Shown: positions 1 to 12,400 of the stretch, piece by piece
Layout of the letters: each line of letters starts with the position of its first letter
Position numbering within the stretch: position 1 is the stretch's first letter
Assembly: GCA_038087875.1 (NCBI GenBank)
Contig: CM075995.1
Coordinates: forward strand, 7,876,001-7,940,000
DNA: 64,000 nt
DNA from: Malacoraja senta
Taxonomy: Eukaryota
Direction of reading: 5' to 3'
Notes under the pieces: generated by a model
Database searches by the model: none
What the model was told of the DNA's origin: nothing
The model's input: only the letters and a program-made list of their open reading frames with translations
Made by a program: the position numbers and the translations under genes

Positions 1-496
1 ACCGATTCGACTCGCAGATTAACCTTTTGTGAGTCCTCCACCAGCACTCCCAAGTCCCTTTGCACCTCATGATGGAACCAGTCATTGTCTCACCAGTATC
101 ATACAGTACTGAGACAAATTAAGTTAAGTCTTAAATTGTTGGAGTCAGGTGGTGCATGATCCTGCTAGAATATTGCCGCTTTCTGCATCTGGATTCTCCT
201 GAAAGTTCTCAATAACATGAATGAGTTTATGAGCTAGGGATTCCCAAGAATCAGAAAATACATTGCATGCTTTTAAAGAAGCTTTGAGGAAATAGTCTAT
301 TTCCCTCCGAAACTAGAGGTATGCGTTTTCAAACTTTTATACCTCTTGCCTGATGGGAGAGAGGGGAAGAGGAAGTGACCAGGGTGAGACTGGTCCTTGA
401 TTATGCTGGTGAAGTGTAGATGGAGTCAATGGAAGGGAGGTTGGTTTGTGTGCGATGAACAGAGCAACATCCACAACCTTAAAAGTAGGACCGGTC

Positions 497-902
497 GGTC
501 GGTCCGCAATAACCAACCTGACCTCCCGGTGGCTCAGCACTTCAACTCCCCCTCCCATTCCGTATCTGACCTCTCTGTCCTGGGTCTCCTCCATGGCCAC
601 AGCGAGCAACACCGGAAATTGGAGGAAATGCACCTCATATTCCGCTTGGGCAGTCTACATCCTGGGGGCATGAACATTGAATTCTCCCAATTCTGCTAGC
701 CCTTGCTGTCCCCTCCCCTTCATCAGCCCTCTGGTTGTCTCATCCCCTCCCCCAGCCCTCGGGCTCCTCCTCCGCCTTTTTTCCTTTCTTCTCCCCACCC
801 CCTATCAGTCTGAAGAAGGGTTTCGGCCCGAACCGTTGCCTATTTCCTTCGCTCCATAGATGCTGCTGCACCCGCTGAGTTTCTCCAGCATTTTTGTGTA
901 CT
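497..902 (+). mobile_element. Penelope-like 3' fragment
   Basis: [25 protein letters not shown] followed by pLTR with tctgaagaagggtttcggcccgaa. Confidence 0.8.
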
Positions 903-996
903 TTAAAAGTAGGACGGTGTTCAAGTTTTGGAAGCAGTACTTGAAAGGGTACAAAGCTTAATCTAAGGGTCAGAGATGCAAAGGGCAAAAAAAAAT

Positions 997-1480
997 TTCT
1001 GCGACTCTGGAGAGGGTCCAGAGGTTTACACGAATGATCCCAGGAATGAGTGGGTTAACATATGATGAGCGTTTGACGGCACTGGGCCTGTACTCACTGG
1101 AGTTTAGAAGGATAAGGGGGAGACCTCAAAGAAATTTACCGAAGACTGAGAGGCTTGGATAGAGTGGATGTGGAGAGGATGTTTCCACTAGTGGGAGAGT
1201 CGAGGACTAGAGGTCATAACCTCAGAATTAAAGGACGTTCCTTTAGGAAGGAGATGAGGAGGAATTTCTTTAGTCAGAGGGTGGTGAATCTGTGGAATTC
1301 TTTGCCACAAAAGACTGGAGTCCAAGTTAATAGATATTTTTAAGGCATAGATAGATTCTTGATTAGTACGGGAGTCAGGGGTTATGGAGAATGGGGTTAG
1401 GTGGGATAGATCAGCCATGATTGAATGGCGGAGAAGACTTGATGGACCGAATGGCCTACTTCTGTTCCTATCACTTATGA
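997..1480 (+). mobile_element. CR1 3' fragment. Similar fragments at about 2165-2540, 4135-4790, 21478-22030, 23388-23730, 34090-34610, 38650-39140, 53780-54710, 57975-58470 and 63100-63510
   Basis: [30 protein letters not shown] and conserved 3' UTR gatcagccatgattgaatggcgg..gggccgaatggcct. Confidence 0.85.
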
Positions 1481-2971
1481 AATGAAATTGCAATGGACAG
1501 AGGACTAGTTCCAAATCAATTAAAACGAATTTCAACATCACGGAGAAATCTCGAGCATGATCAATACATATGGTATATCACCTTTCAGAGAAAAACAAAA
1601 TTGGACTAATTTAAAAACTAATCAAGTACTGTAATGGATGCTTTGAGACAGTCAAACACCAGCACAGGCTCATCCTTCCTCAGATATGAGGCCCAAAAGT
1701 GTTCACAATGTCCTTGAAAATCATTTGCAGTGTGCGCTGCTTCGCAATAGATGGCAGTAAATGAAAGACTACCCAAGGAAAATATTCAAAGCCAAGGGAA
1801 AAACTACAACCTCAGTACTGTGTTCAAGAAACATTGAGGTTGTTTTCCTCTTGATAGCTGGTCATGAGGGCATTACATGGTTGACAAACTGTGTTATGTG
1901 ACCGTATAAAGTGGGGATCAGACAGATCTACCAGCAGCACGAAGGTGCAGATATGGTAGAGCTCCTGCCTCACAGTGCCAGTTCAGTTCGAGTCTGATCT
2001 ATGGTTCTGTCTGTGTGGTTTGCATGTTCTCCCTGTCACCGTGTGGGTTTTCCAGTTTCCTCCCACATCCCAAAGTCCTGCTGGGTTTGCAGGTTAACTG
2101 GTCCTCTAAAACAAATTGCTCCTAGTGTGTAGGGAGTGGGCAAGAAAGAGCGATAACATAGATCTATGCAGAGGTTGAGCAGGCTGGGACTCTATTCCTT
2201 TGAAGCACATGAGTGCGAGGGGTGATCTTATAGAGGTGTGTAAGATCATGAGAGGAATAGGTCGGGTAGATGCACAGCGTCTCCTTCCCAGAGTAGGTGA
2301 ATCGAGGACCAGAGGACGTAGGTTTAAGGTGAGGGGGAAAAGATTTAATAAGAATCCGAGGGGTAAATTTTTCACACAAAGGATGGTGGGTGTATGGAAC
2401 AAGCTGCCAGAGGAGGTAGTTGAGGCTGGGACTTTCCCAAAATTTACAAAGCAGTTAGACAGGTACATGGATAGGACAGGGTTGGAGGGACATGGGCCAA
2501 ACGTTGGCAGGTGGGACTAGTGTAGCTGGGACATGTTGGCCCAAGGACTCTAACTAGTGTGAAAGGGTGATTAATGGTGGGTGTCGAGTCGGTGGGCCAA
2601 AGGGCCTGTTTCCATGCTGTATCTCTAATCTAAGATGGATTGTAAACTGCCATAAATTACTTTCAGCATAACTTCTGCAATAAAACATATATACAACATC
2701 ACCGTGTGCAGGAGCTGCAGCTGCTGGTTTACACCGAAGATAGACACAAAATACTGGAGAAATTCAGCAGGACAGGCAGCATCTCTGGAGAGAAGGAAGG
2801 GGTGACATTTCGGGTCAAGACCCTTCTTCTCTCCAGAGATGCTGCCTGTCCCGCTGAGTTACTCCTGCATTTTGTGTCGGATTTTGGTTTTGTAAACCAA
2901 CATCTGCAGTTCCTTCCTAAATAGTTATAGTCCAAACTTTAAATCAAAGCTCAACACCAAAAACGCATTTT

Positions 2972-2977
2972 TTTATT
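2972..2977 (-). terminator. Candidate polyadenylation signal (AATAAA) of RBFA
   Basis: tttatt on + strand, about 50 nt downstream of the RBFA stop codon. Confidence 0.55.
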
Positions 2978-3026
2978 AGAAATTGTAGAAATTTAGAGAG
3001 AGACATGTCTGTTAAAAAAAAAAAGT

Positions 3027-3453
3027 TTATTTTAAATCTTTTGGTATTTTCGATGGATTTTCTGGATGATCTTCCTCTAATTCTAGCTCTTTTATGTCCT
3101 CACCTAATTCCTTCAGTTCCTCTTCTCTATCTGACAATGTGTCTGAGGAGTTTGTGCTGTATTTTTCTGACAAGTACATCTCCGGTGTAATGTCATCAAA
3201 ACTGCAATTAAATTTCTTCTTCTTTAGTCGTAATTTTTTCAGCTGAGCTATTTGTTCTAGGTGCTGCTCTGACAATGTTAAATTATTTGTTTCCATTAAT
3301 CGGTGAGTATTTTTCTTTTTGTATTCCAGTATTTGTTTGTTTAGCAAGTCGTGGTTAATACCGAAATGGTCAGGTTTGGACGATGGCCACTGGGATGAGA
3401 CTGATATCGGTCCTAGATGTGTAGGCTTCAAGGCAGAGTCTACGGGGAATTGC
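3027..3453 (-). CDS. RBFA: RBFA exon 7, coding part to TAA (acidic C-terminal tail)
   Basis: ctttttattccag|G CAA TTC..; [20 protein letters not shown]; phase matches exon 6; ORF 3027..3470. Confidence 0.9.
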
Positions 3454-6400
3454 CTGGAATAAAAAAGCATTAATTAAGTGATCCAGAGAAAATTAACCTT
3501 TGATAATGATTTGATCTTGGGCATATCAAGTGCCAGGCGGAAAGGTCAAAGTTCCATAAATTCATCTTGTCATCGTAGCAAAATTAGACAATTGGACCCA
3601 TCGAGTCTACTCCACTATTCAACCATGGCTGATCTTTCTTTCCCTCTCATCCCCATTCTCCTGCCTTCTTCCCAAAACCACTGACAAAGGACAAAGGACA
3701 TTTATTGTCACATACACCAATTGGTGTAGTGAAATTTGACTTGCCATGCAGCACACAAATAAAGATAACATTAAAGAATTTAACAATAAACATAAAAACA
3801 TACCCCCACAATAGTTCCCACTGTGGGGGAAGGCAGCAAAGTCCAGTCCCATCCCCAGTTCACCCATAGTCGGGGCCTACTGAGGCCTCTGCAGTCGCCG
3901 ATACAGCAGCCCGATGCTTCAGGCCCTCTCGCCGGATGATGAAATTCTGGCGTCGGGTGAACACTCTCAGCGGCTCGGAGGGTCTGGAGCGGCCGCTACC
4001 TCCCAGGAGACCACGGCTCCCGAGGTCTACGAGCCGCGCTGGTCGGAGCTCCGACTCTGGCGACCTCGTCGTGAGATCCTAGGCTCCGCGGTGTTTAAAG
4101 CTCAGCGCCGTCCGCGGCTGGAAGCTCCACAGACCGCGATCAAGAAACTGTCAATCTCCACTTTAAAAATACCTAATGACGGCCTCCACAATGAATTCCA
4201 CAGATTCACCACCCTCTGACTAAAGAAATTCCGTCTCATCTCCTTGCCAAAGGTGCGTCTTTTATTTCTGAGGATATGGCCTCTGATCCCAGACTCTCCC
4301 ATTGTTGGGAACATCCTCTCCACATCCACTCTATCCAGGCCTTTCACTATCTAAGAGTACAGGTGCATGGTTCCATGAAGGTCAAGTCGCAGGTAGATAA
4401 GGTGGTCAAAAAGGCTTTTGGCACTTTGGCCTTCATCAGTCAGAGTATTGAGTATAGAAGTTGGGAGGTCATGTAGCAGTTGTATAAGACGTTGGTGAGA
4501 ACGCATTTAGAATATTGTGTTCAGTTCTGGGCACCATGTTATAGGAAAGATATTGTCAAGCTTGAAAGGGTGCAGAGAAAATTTATGAGGATGTTGCCAG
4601 GACTAATGAGTGTGAGCTATAGGGAGAGGTTGAGTACGCTGGATCTCTATTCCTTAGAGCGCAGGAGGGTGAGGGGTGATCTTATAGAGGTGTATAAGAT
4701 CGTGAGAGGAATAGATCGGGTAACACAGTCTCCAGCCCAGAGTATGGAAATCGAGAACCAGAGAGCTTAACGTAAAGGGGTAAACATTTTTTAGAAATCT
4801 GGGGTAGACAAAAATGTTGGAGAAACTCAGCGGGCGAGGCAGCATCTATGGAGCGAAGGAATAGGTGAAGTTTCGGGTCGAGACCCTTCTTCAGTCTGAT
4901 GTGGGGGCGGGAAGAAGAAAGGAAGAGGCGGAGACAGTGGGCTAGGGAGAGCTGGGAAGGGGAGGGGAAAGAGGGAGAAAGCAAGAACTACCTGAAATTG
5001 GAGAAGTCAATGTTCATACCGCTGGGGTGTAAACTACCCAAGCAAAATATGAGGTGCTGCTCCTCCAATTTACAGTGGGACTCACTCTGGCCATGGAGGA
5101 GGCCCAGGACAGAAAGGTCAGATTCGGAATGGGAGAGGGAGTTGAAGTGCTGAGCCACCGGGAGATCAGGTTGGTTGTTGTGAACTGAGCGGACGTGTTG
5201 GGCGAAGCGATCGTCAAGCCTACTCTTGGTCTCACCGATATAGAGCAGCTGACACCTAGAGCAGCGGATACAATAGATGAGGTTGGAGGAGGTGCAGGTG
5301 AACCTCTGCCGCACCTGGAAAGACTGATTAGGTCCTTTGATGGAGTCAAGAGGGGAGGTAAAGCGACAAGTGTAGCATTTCCTGCGGTTGCAAGGGAAAG
5401 TACCCGGGGAGGGGGTGGTTTGGGTGGGAAGGGACGAATTGACCAGGGAGTTACGGAGGGAGCGGTCTCTGCGGAAAACCGAAAGGGGAGGAGATGGGAA
5501 GATGTTGCCAGTGGTGGGATCCCGTTGGAGGTGGCGAAAATGTCGGAGGATTATTTGTTGTAATCTGAGGGATAACATTTTCACACAAAGTGTTGTGGGT
5601 TGATGGAACAAGCTGCCAGAGGAGGTAGTTGAGACAGGGACGTTCTCAACATTTAAGAAGCAGTTAGACAGGTACATGGATAGGACAAGTTTGGAGGAAT
5701 ATGGACCAAATGCGGGCAGGTGGGAATAGTGTAGCTGGGGCATGTGGGCCGGTGTGGGCAAGTTGGGCATGTTTTCACGCTATATCAATGACTCTATGCA
5801 CATCTGCATTAAACTTTCCCCCTCTCACCATTCACATGGTTGAAAAGACTGGACTGGCAACTAATAAGTACTCAAGGCGTAAATAAAGTCTTAGTCGTTT
5901 GGACATTAGCACCAGTGAAAATAACCATGAAGCTGATTGGTATGGTGTTAAAGCCCAGTTTTGCTAATAACCATAAGGAATTTTCTTACATACAACACTA
6001 GTCCGCAAAATTTTGCCAACTGTATAAATGCTTTCTGGAATAAAACACCCCAGCTTGCCTCAGTTGTGAAAGCATTTCACTGGACAGCCAGGGATCAGCA
6101 AAAGATCACATCCTCCCAAGGCATGAATAATTTCACTTTCTGGTCAGCTCCACCCAGTCACACAGCCTGTAAATAGGCTCTTTGACCCAACTCGGCCATG
6201 CTGACCAAGATGCCCAATGGTGGTCTCACTTGCGTATATTTAAGAATGAACATTTAGGAAAGCTATGTCACAGTCATACAACGTGGAAACAGGCTCTTCG
6301 GCCCATGGCGCCCAAGCTGCCCCATCAGTCTGAAGAAGGGTCTAGACCCGAAACGCCGCCTATTCCTTCCCTCTATAGATGCTGCCTCACCTGCTGAGTT

Positions 6401-9400
6401 TCTCCAGCATTTTTGTCTACCTTTGATTTTTCCAGCATCTGCAGTTCTTTCTTAAACATTTAGAAAAGCTATCACATACAATGTGGAAACAGGCCCTTCA
6501 GCCCAAGGCGCCCAAGCTGCCCCATCTACACTAGCCCCACCTGACTGCATTTGGCCCAAATCCCTCTAGACGTTTCCTGCCCATGTACCTGCCCTAATGT
6601 CTTTTAAATGTAGTTGTAGTATCTGCCTCAACTACCTCCTCTGACAGCTCGTTCCATACACCCACCACCCTCTCGTTGTATCTTCCCCCCCTCCCCCCCA
6701 GAATAAAATACTGTACTGCAACTATCTCCAACTTTTAACATAGATTGTTGTTCTTACTGCTAAAGTTGACCTGTTAAAAAGGTTAATTCTTGCAAATCTT
6801 GTCATCAGAAAAATAAGCTAGCCTTCTTTTCAATGCATCTGCTCAAGTTGTCAAAATTCCTGTTTAGGGTCGGCACAGTGGCACAGCGGTAGAGCTGCTG
6901 CCTCACAGCTCCAGAGACCTGGGTTCGATCCTAACTGCGTGTGCTTGTCTGTACCGAGTTTGTACGTTCTCCCTGTGACCTGCGTGGGTTTTCTCCGGTT
7001 TCTTCCCACACTTCAAAGACGTACAGGTTTGTAGGCCAATTGGCTGATATAATTGTAAATTGACCTTAGTGTGTAGGATAGTTCTAGTGTGCGGGCATCG
7101 CTGGTAGGCGCGGACTCGGTGGGCCGAACTACATTGCAAACTTCTCTAAATGAAACTAAATAAACCAAACACATGACTTTAAATGTATCTTGGTCCATGA
7201 TATCTTTGAGTTCATAAAGCCAATCTGCCAAGTCAAAACAAATTTAAAAGATATTATAAATAGTCGTTACCCATGGATGGAGTCCAAAACTTGTGATACA
7301 TCAGAAGTCTCTTCAGGGCCGTAATCAGCAATTTCTAACAACCTCTCTACCTGTGAAAGGAAGCATGATTTGTTTTAATGTATATTTAAAAAATGTGTTG
7401 GCATTGTTTGTTGTTTTGCTGATCATGACAAATGAAATCACATTCTCGAGGAGTAGAAGCAAGGAACTGCGGGTGAGGGTGTACACTAGAGGACACAAAG
7501 TGCTGGAGTAACTCAGCGGGTCAGGCAGCATCTCTGGAGATCATGGACAGGCGATGTTTCGGGTCGGGACCCTTCTTCGGACTGATTGTAGGGGGGGGCG
7601 GGGTGTAAAGAAAGCTGGGAGAGAGAGGCAGAACAAAGTGCGGCAGGTAATATGTGTAGAAGGGTACTGAAGTTACTGGTATATACCGAAAATAGACACA
7701 GTGCTGGAGTAACTCAGCAGGTCGGGCAATATCTCTGGGGAAAAAGGATGGGTGACGTTTCGGGTCAGGACGCTTCTTCAGACTTAAAGTATAAGGGAGG
7801 AAACTGGAGGTAAGAAATGGCCAGAATAAAGCGGGGCCGGCAACAGATGACCAAGGAAGGGTGAGGCAGTTTGCAACCCAGCAGCAAGAACGTTGAATTC
7901 TCTAATTTTCAAGTAACCCTTGCATTCCCTTCCTCCCCCACCCTAGTCATCCTACTAATTCCACAGTTCGCATCCCTTGGTTATCACCTCTTCCCCAGCC
8001 AACAATGGTCCATTATGGGCTCCACCCTTCCTTGGTCATCTGTTGCTGGCCCTGCTTTGTTCTGGCCTTTTCTTACTTCAAGTTCCCTCACCTATACGTT
8101 CAATCTGAAGAAGGGTTCCGACCCGAAACGTCACCCATCCTTTTTCTCCAGAGATGCTGCCTGACCTGCTGAGTTACTCCAGCTCTTCGTGTCTGTCAGT
8201 GGCAGGTAATAAATAGGTGGACACTGGTGAAAGTTTCAGTTTGAGTTTTAGTTTCAGTTTGTTTATTGTCACGTGTACCGAGGTACAGGGAAAAGCTTTT
8301 GCTGCGTGTTCACCAGTCAGTGGAAAGACAATACATGATTACAATCGAGATGAAAGGGGGCTTGATAGGCAGACGGTTAGAGCACAGGCCAGAGATTTAG
8401 ACCCAAGGTGTGAGACATCAGGGTTGATGCATCACAAATGGTGAAGCCACAGGAAGGAATGTAGAAGGTGGGGGAATGGGAGAAATAGGTCCATATTCCT
8501 GAGGAGTTAGTTGTAGACCTGCTGCTCTCTGCAGGACCAACTATGAAAGATTTGCCGGCACACAAAGCCTCATTAGTTGGCAGGAAACTTTCCATTTGCG
8601 CATGTGTTCACCATAGAAATGTGATCAATACCCACCTCAGCAATTGCTGCTTGTTCTTGGTCTCGAACAAAGACCACAGGTGGCACACAACCCATGACTT
8701 GATGGGTTATGAGAAGGTGTCTAGAAATTAATAAAACCAACAGAATTTGATTAGATTCAAAATGATCAACCTTCAAAGCAATAAATGGTGCATTTTCATT
8801 AACAATTTTTGGGCACTATTTTGAAAATTATACATACAGAGGGAGGGAGGGGAAGTGAGAATGAGGGAGGGGGGAGAGGGAGGATGGGGGAGAGGGAGGA
8901 TGGATGGAGAGGGAGGAGGGAGGAGGGGGAAGGAAGGGAGGATTGAAAGAGAGGTCCAAACTCAGATCCGCCATGCTGTTATTGAATGGCTCTAAGGCAG
9001 GGGTCGGCAACCTTGTTCTGCATAGGGGCCGGGACGCATGTCTGTGAGCGGATGGCGGGCCATATCTATCACGTGTACACATGGATCCTGCCCCCATCCC
9101 GCACCGGATGGAAGGCATCAAATTACGTGTTCACATAGATCCCGCCCTTTCGAGGACGCCCCTAGTTACGGGCGCTCACCAACATGGCGCACCTACGGAC
9201 CATTGCCTTGGCTCTGTCCTGAAGACAGTGGCTCAAATACTCACACACGCTCGTCGCCGGCCTATTGACAACCCCGATCCCGACAGTGTGTTTAAGAAAG
9301 AACTGCAAATGCTGGAAAAATCTAAAGTAGACAAAAAATGCTGGAGAAACTCAGCAGGTGAGGCAGCACCCATGGAGAACATGGATAGGCGATGTTTCGT

Positions 9401-12400
9401 TTCGGGTCGGGACCCTTCTTCGGACTGATTGTAGGAAGGGGGCGGAGCAGCGTCAGCCGCTTCTGAAGGGTCTCGACCCGAAACGTCGCCTATTCCTTCG
9501 CGCCACAGATGCTGCCTCACACGCATCCTCCAGCTTTTCCCAGCTTTTCTCCAGCTTTTTTGTCTACCTCCGATCCCGACAGTGAAACCCCGACACAGAA
9601 GGTGCGTGGCCGTGCCGGCGGCTTTGCGCAGGGTGTGGTACAGCCAGAGCTCATTGCGGCCACCACGCAGGCCTCCTTGTGTCACCGTGCCTGGGCACCG
9701 CAGCCTCGGGAGGTACCGGAGATGAAGGAAGTCGGCGGGCCGGATAAATACAGGGAAAAAAATACACCTGCAGGCCGGATGATTTCAGGTTACGGGCCGC
9801 ATTCGGCCCGGGGACCGTAGGTTGCCGACCCCTGCTCTACGGTCTTGCTACACTCCCACTCCTGTTTATGTTCTTATTGAACAGGAGCTGGAGTGTACCA
9901 AGAATGTGAGTTCAGGAGCTGTGGATAGAAGACTAAAGCGAGACTAGTGTAGATGGGACATGTTGGTCGGTGCGGGCAAGTTGGGCCGAAGGTCCTGTTT
10001 CCACACTGTATGACTCTTATCTATTTAGTTAGTATCTAATTGCCAGATCAGGGGTTATTTAACTGAGGGCGGTGGGTAGATGGAACCAGCTGCCAGAGGA
10101 GGTAGTTGAGGCAGGTACTATAACAGCATTTAAAACACACTTCGACAGGTACATGGATAGGAAAGGTTCAGAGTGATATGGGCTAATCACAGCCAGATGG
10201 GACTAGGTTAGGTGGAGCATCTTGGACGAGTCGAGACAAAGGGCCTGTTTCTGTGGTGTGCCTACGAAAGATATTGATCATGCTTACCTTACACGGGGAG
10301 AATATTTTTCTAAGACTTTTTGAATGCGATTATCTTTTTCAAGCAAACCGCTTGGTACCCAGTAAGCACGACATGCTGAAAAATCCACAGTCAACAGAAC
10401 CTGCAACAGTAGCACATCCATATCTTATTGCCAAAATGTGCACTCAATGGGATTCAATCTAGTTAATTCAATTGCCAATAGTTAGCTGGTACTTACCGAC
10501 TCAAAAATGTAATTGTGCTACACTTCATCAGAATTATTGATATTATTGCCATTATTTAGACTTTTAGACAGGTACTTAGATAGAAACATAGAAAACCCCC
10601 ATAGAAAACAGGTGCAGGAGTAGGCCATTTGGCCCTTCGAGCCAGCACCCTAGGACGGTTTTGAGGGATATGGGCCAAATGCGTGCAGGTGGGACTAGTG
10701 TAGATGGGACATGTTTGCCGGTGTGGGCAAGTTGGGCCAGAGGGCCTGTTTCCACATTGTATCACTCTATGACTGTTAAAAGTCCACTCTTCAAATGAAA
10801 ACATTTATCCATTCCATCTCTCCCGCCCCCTAAAAAAATATTTGTTTTAAAACCTAACAAGGGGAGAAATTTTACTCTCTATAGAACTCTTTCACAGACA
10901 GTAGCAGAAGCTGAAATAATTGAATATATTCAAGGCCGAGATAGGTAAAACATCCATATATTGGGAGTCAAGAAATTTCCGGAATGGAAAAGAAAGTGGT
11001 TGAAGCCAAGAACAGATCGGCTGTGATGTTATTGTATGACTCTAAGTCCTGCTACACTCCTGTTTATTTAATTTAGTTTAGAGACGCAGCACGGAAACAG
11101 GACCTTCGACCCACCGAGTCCGCACCGACCAGCAATCCCTGCACATTGTCACTACCCGACACACACACGGGACAATTTTGCATCTTATATCAAGCCAATT
11201 AAGTCTAAAGCTTGTATGTCTTTGGAGCGTGGGAGGAAACCGAAGATCTAGGAGAAAACCCACGCAGTCATGGGGAGAACGTACAAACTCCGTACAGCCA
11301 GCACCCATAGTCGTGATCGAACCTGGGTCTCCGGCGCCGCAAGCGCTATAAGGCAGCAACTCTACCGTTGCCAAAATAAAACAGCTTGTACATCAATGGT
11401 GGGTCTGTCGAACTTGGTTGAATGGCGGAGTAGACTTGATGGGCCGCACGGCCTAATTCTGCTCCCATCACTTATGAACATGTCGGTTTATTGGAAGCCT
11501 TAACAGTAGGCATCGTGGAAACACTTTGGGTTTCCTCAGAGTGTTTCTCAGTCTGCACTGCTGAGGCTTTCAATAAACCGACTTGTTTAATAGACTCACC
11601 ACTGATCTACAAGCTGATTTATTTTGTGTTTGTGCCTCTCTGAGCAAAGCCAGATACAGGGTAGGAGTATAGCACAACATTCCCTCCTACAGAGACAATA
11701 TGGACCAACCTAAGAGCTGTAAAATGAATTGAATGAAGCAGGTACTTCTGATGGTTTCAGACCACTCGTTCAGAGTTCAATTGACAACTTAAAATATTGT
11801 GAAGTACAATGGGCTACAAGACTAAAACAGGTAATATAAACTTGGCGAGCATCCAAATGGAGTAAAAGTTCAGTCTTATCTGCGCTAAGAAATTACTACA
11901 GAAGGGAGGTTACAAGGTGAATTCCAAATGTTTGAGTTAAAAGTTGCTCTCAAGGGATGAATGCTGAAAATGGACCTGTTTTCACAAAATGTTAAATGGT
12001 CAGCTCGACATAGATTACAAAACCTACACCAAACCCAAACCAATTAGGAGCAGACGAGGGCATTCGATCCAATTTGAGATTCCAGCTACCAAAACAGATG
12101 TGTACAGCAATTCATTCTTCCCCCACACAATTAAAGCATGGAATAATCTCCACCCTACTATAGTTACCCAACCAGATGCAACTAAATTTAAGGTAGCACT
12201 TTCTTCCCAAGAACCCTTTCTGGCTTTAAGTCCTCCCTCCACCACCTCCAGTTTAAATTCCATTTGAATATTTTTGGAGGACCAGGAAAACAAGAAACCA
12301 AGAAGCCAATAGGCTTTTTTAAGAGATTCGTAAAATATGGATTTAAGAAAGCTCTTCTTTGGACAATTAAAAAAATGAGTGTGAAAACAAGAGGAAAGAT

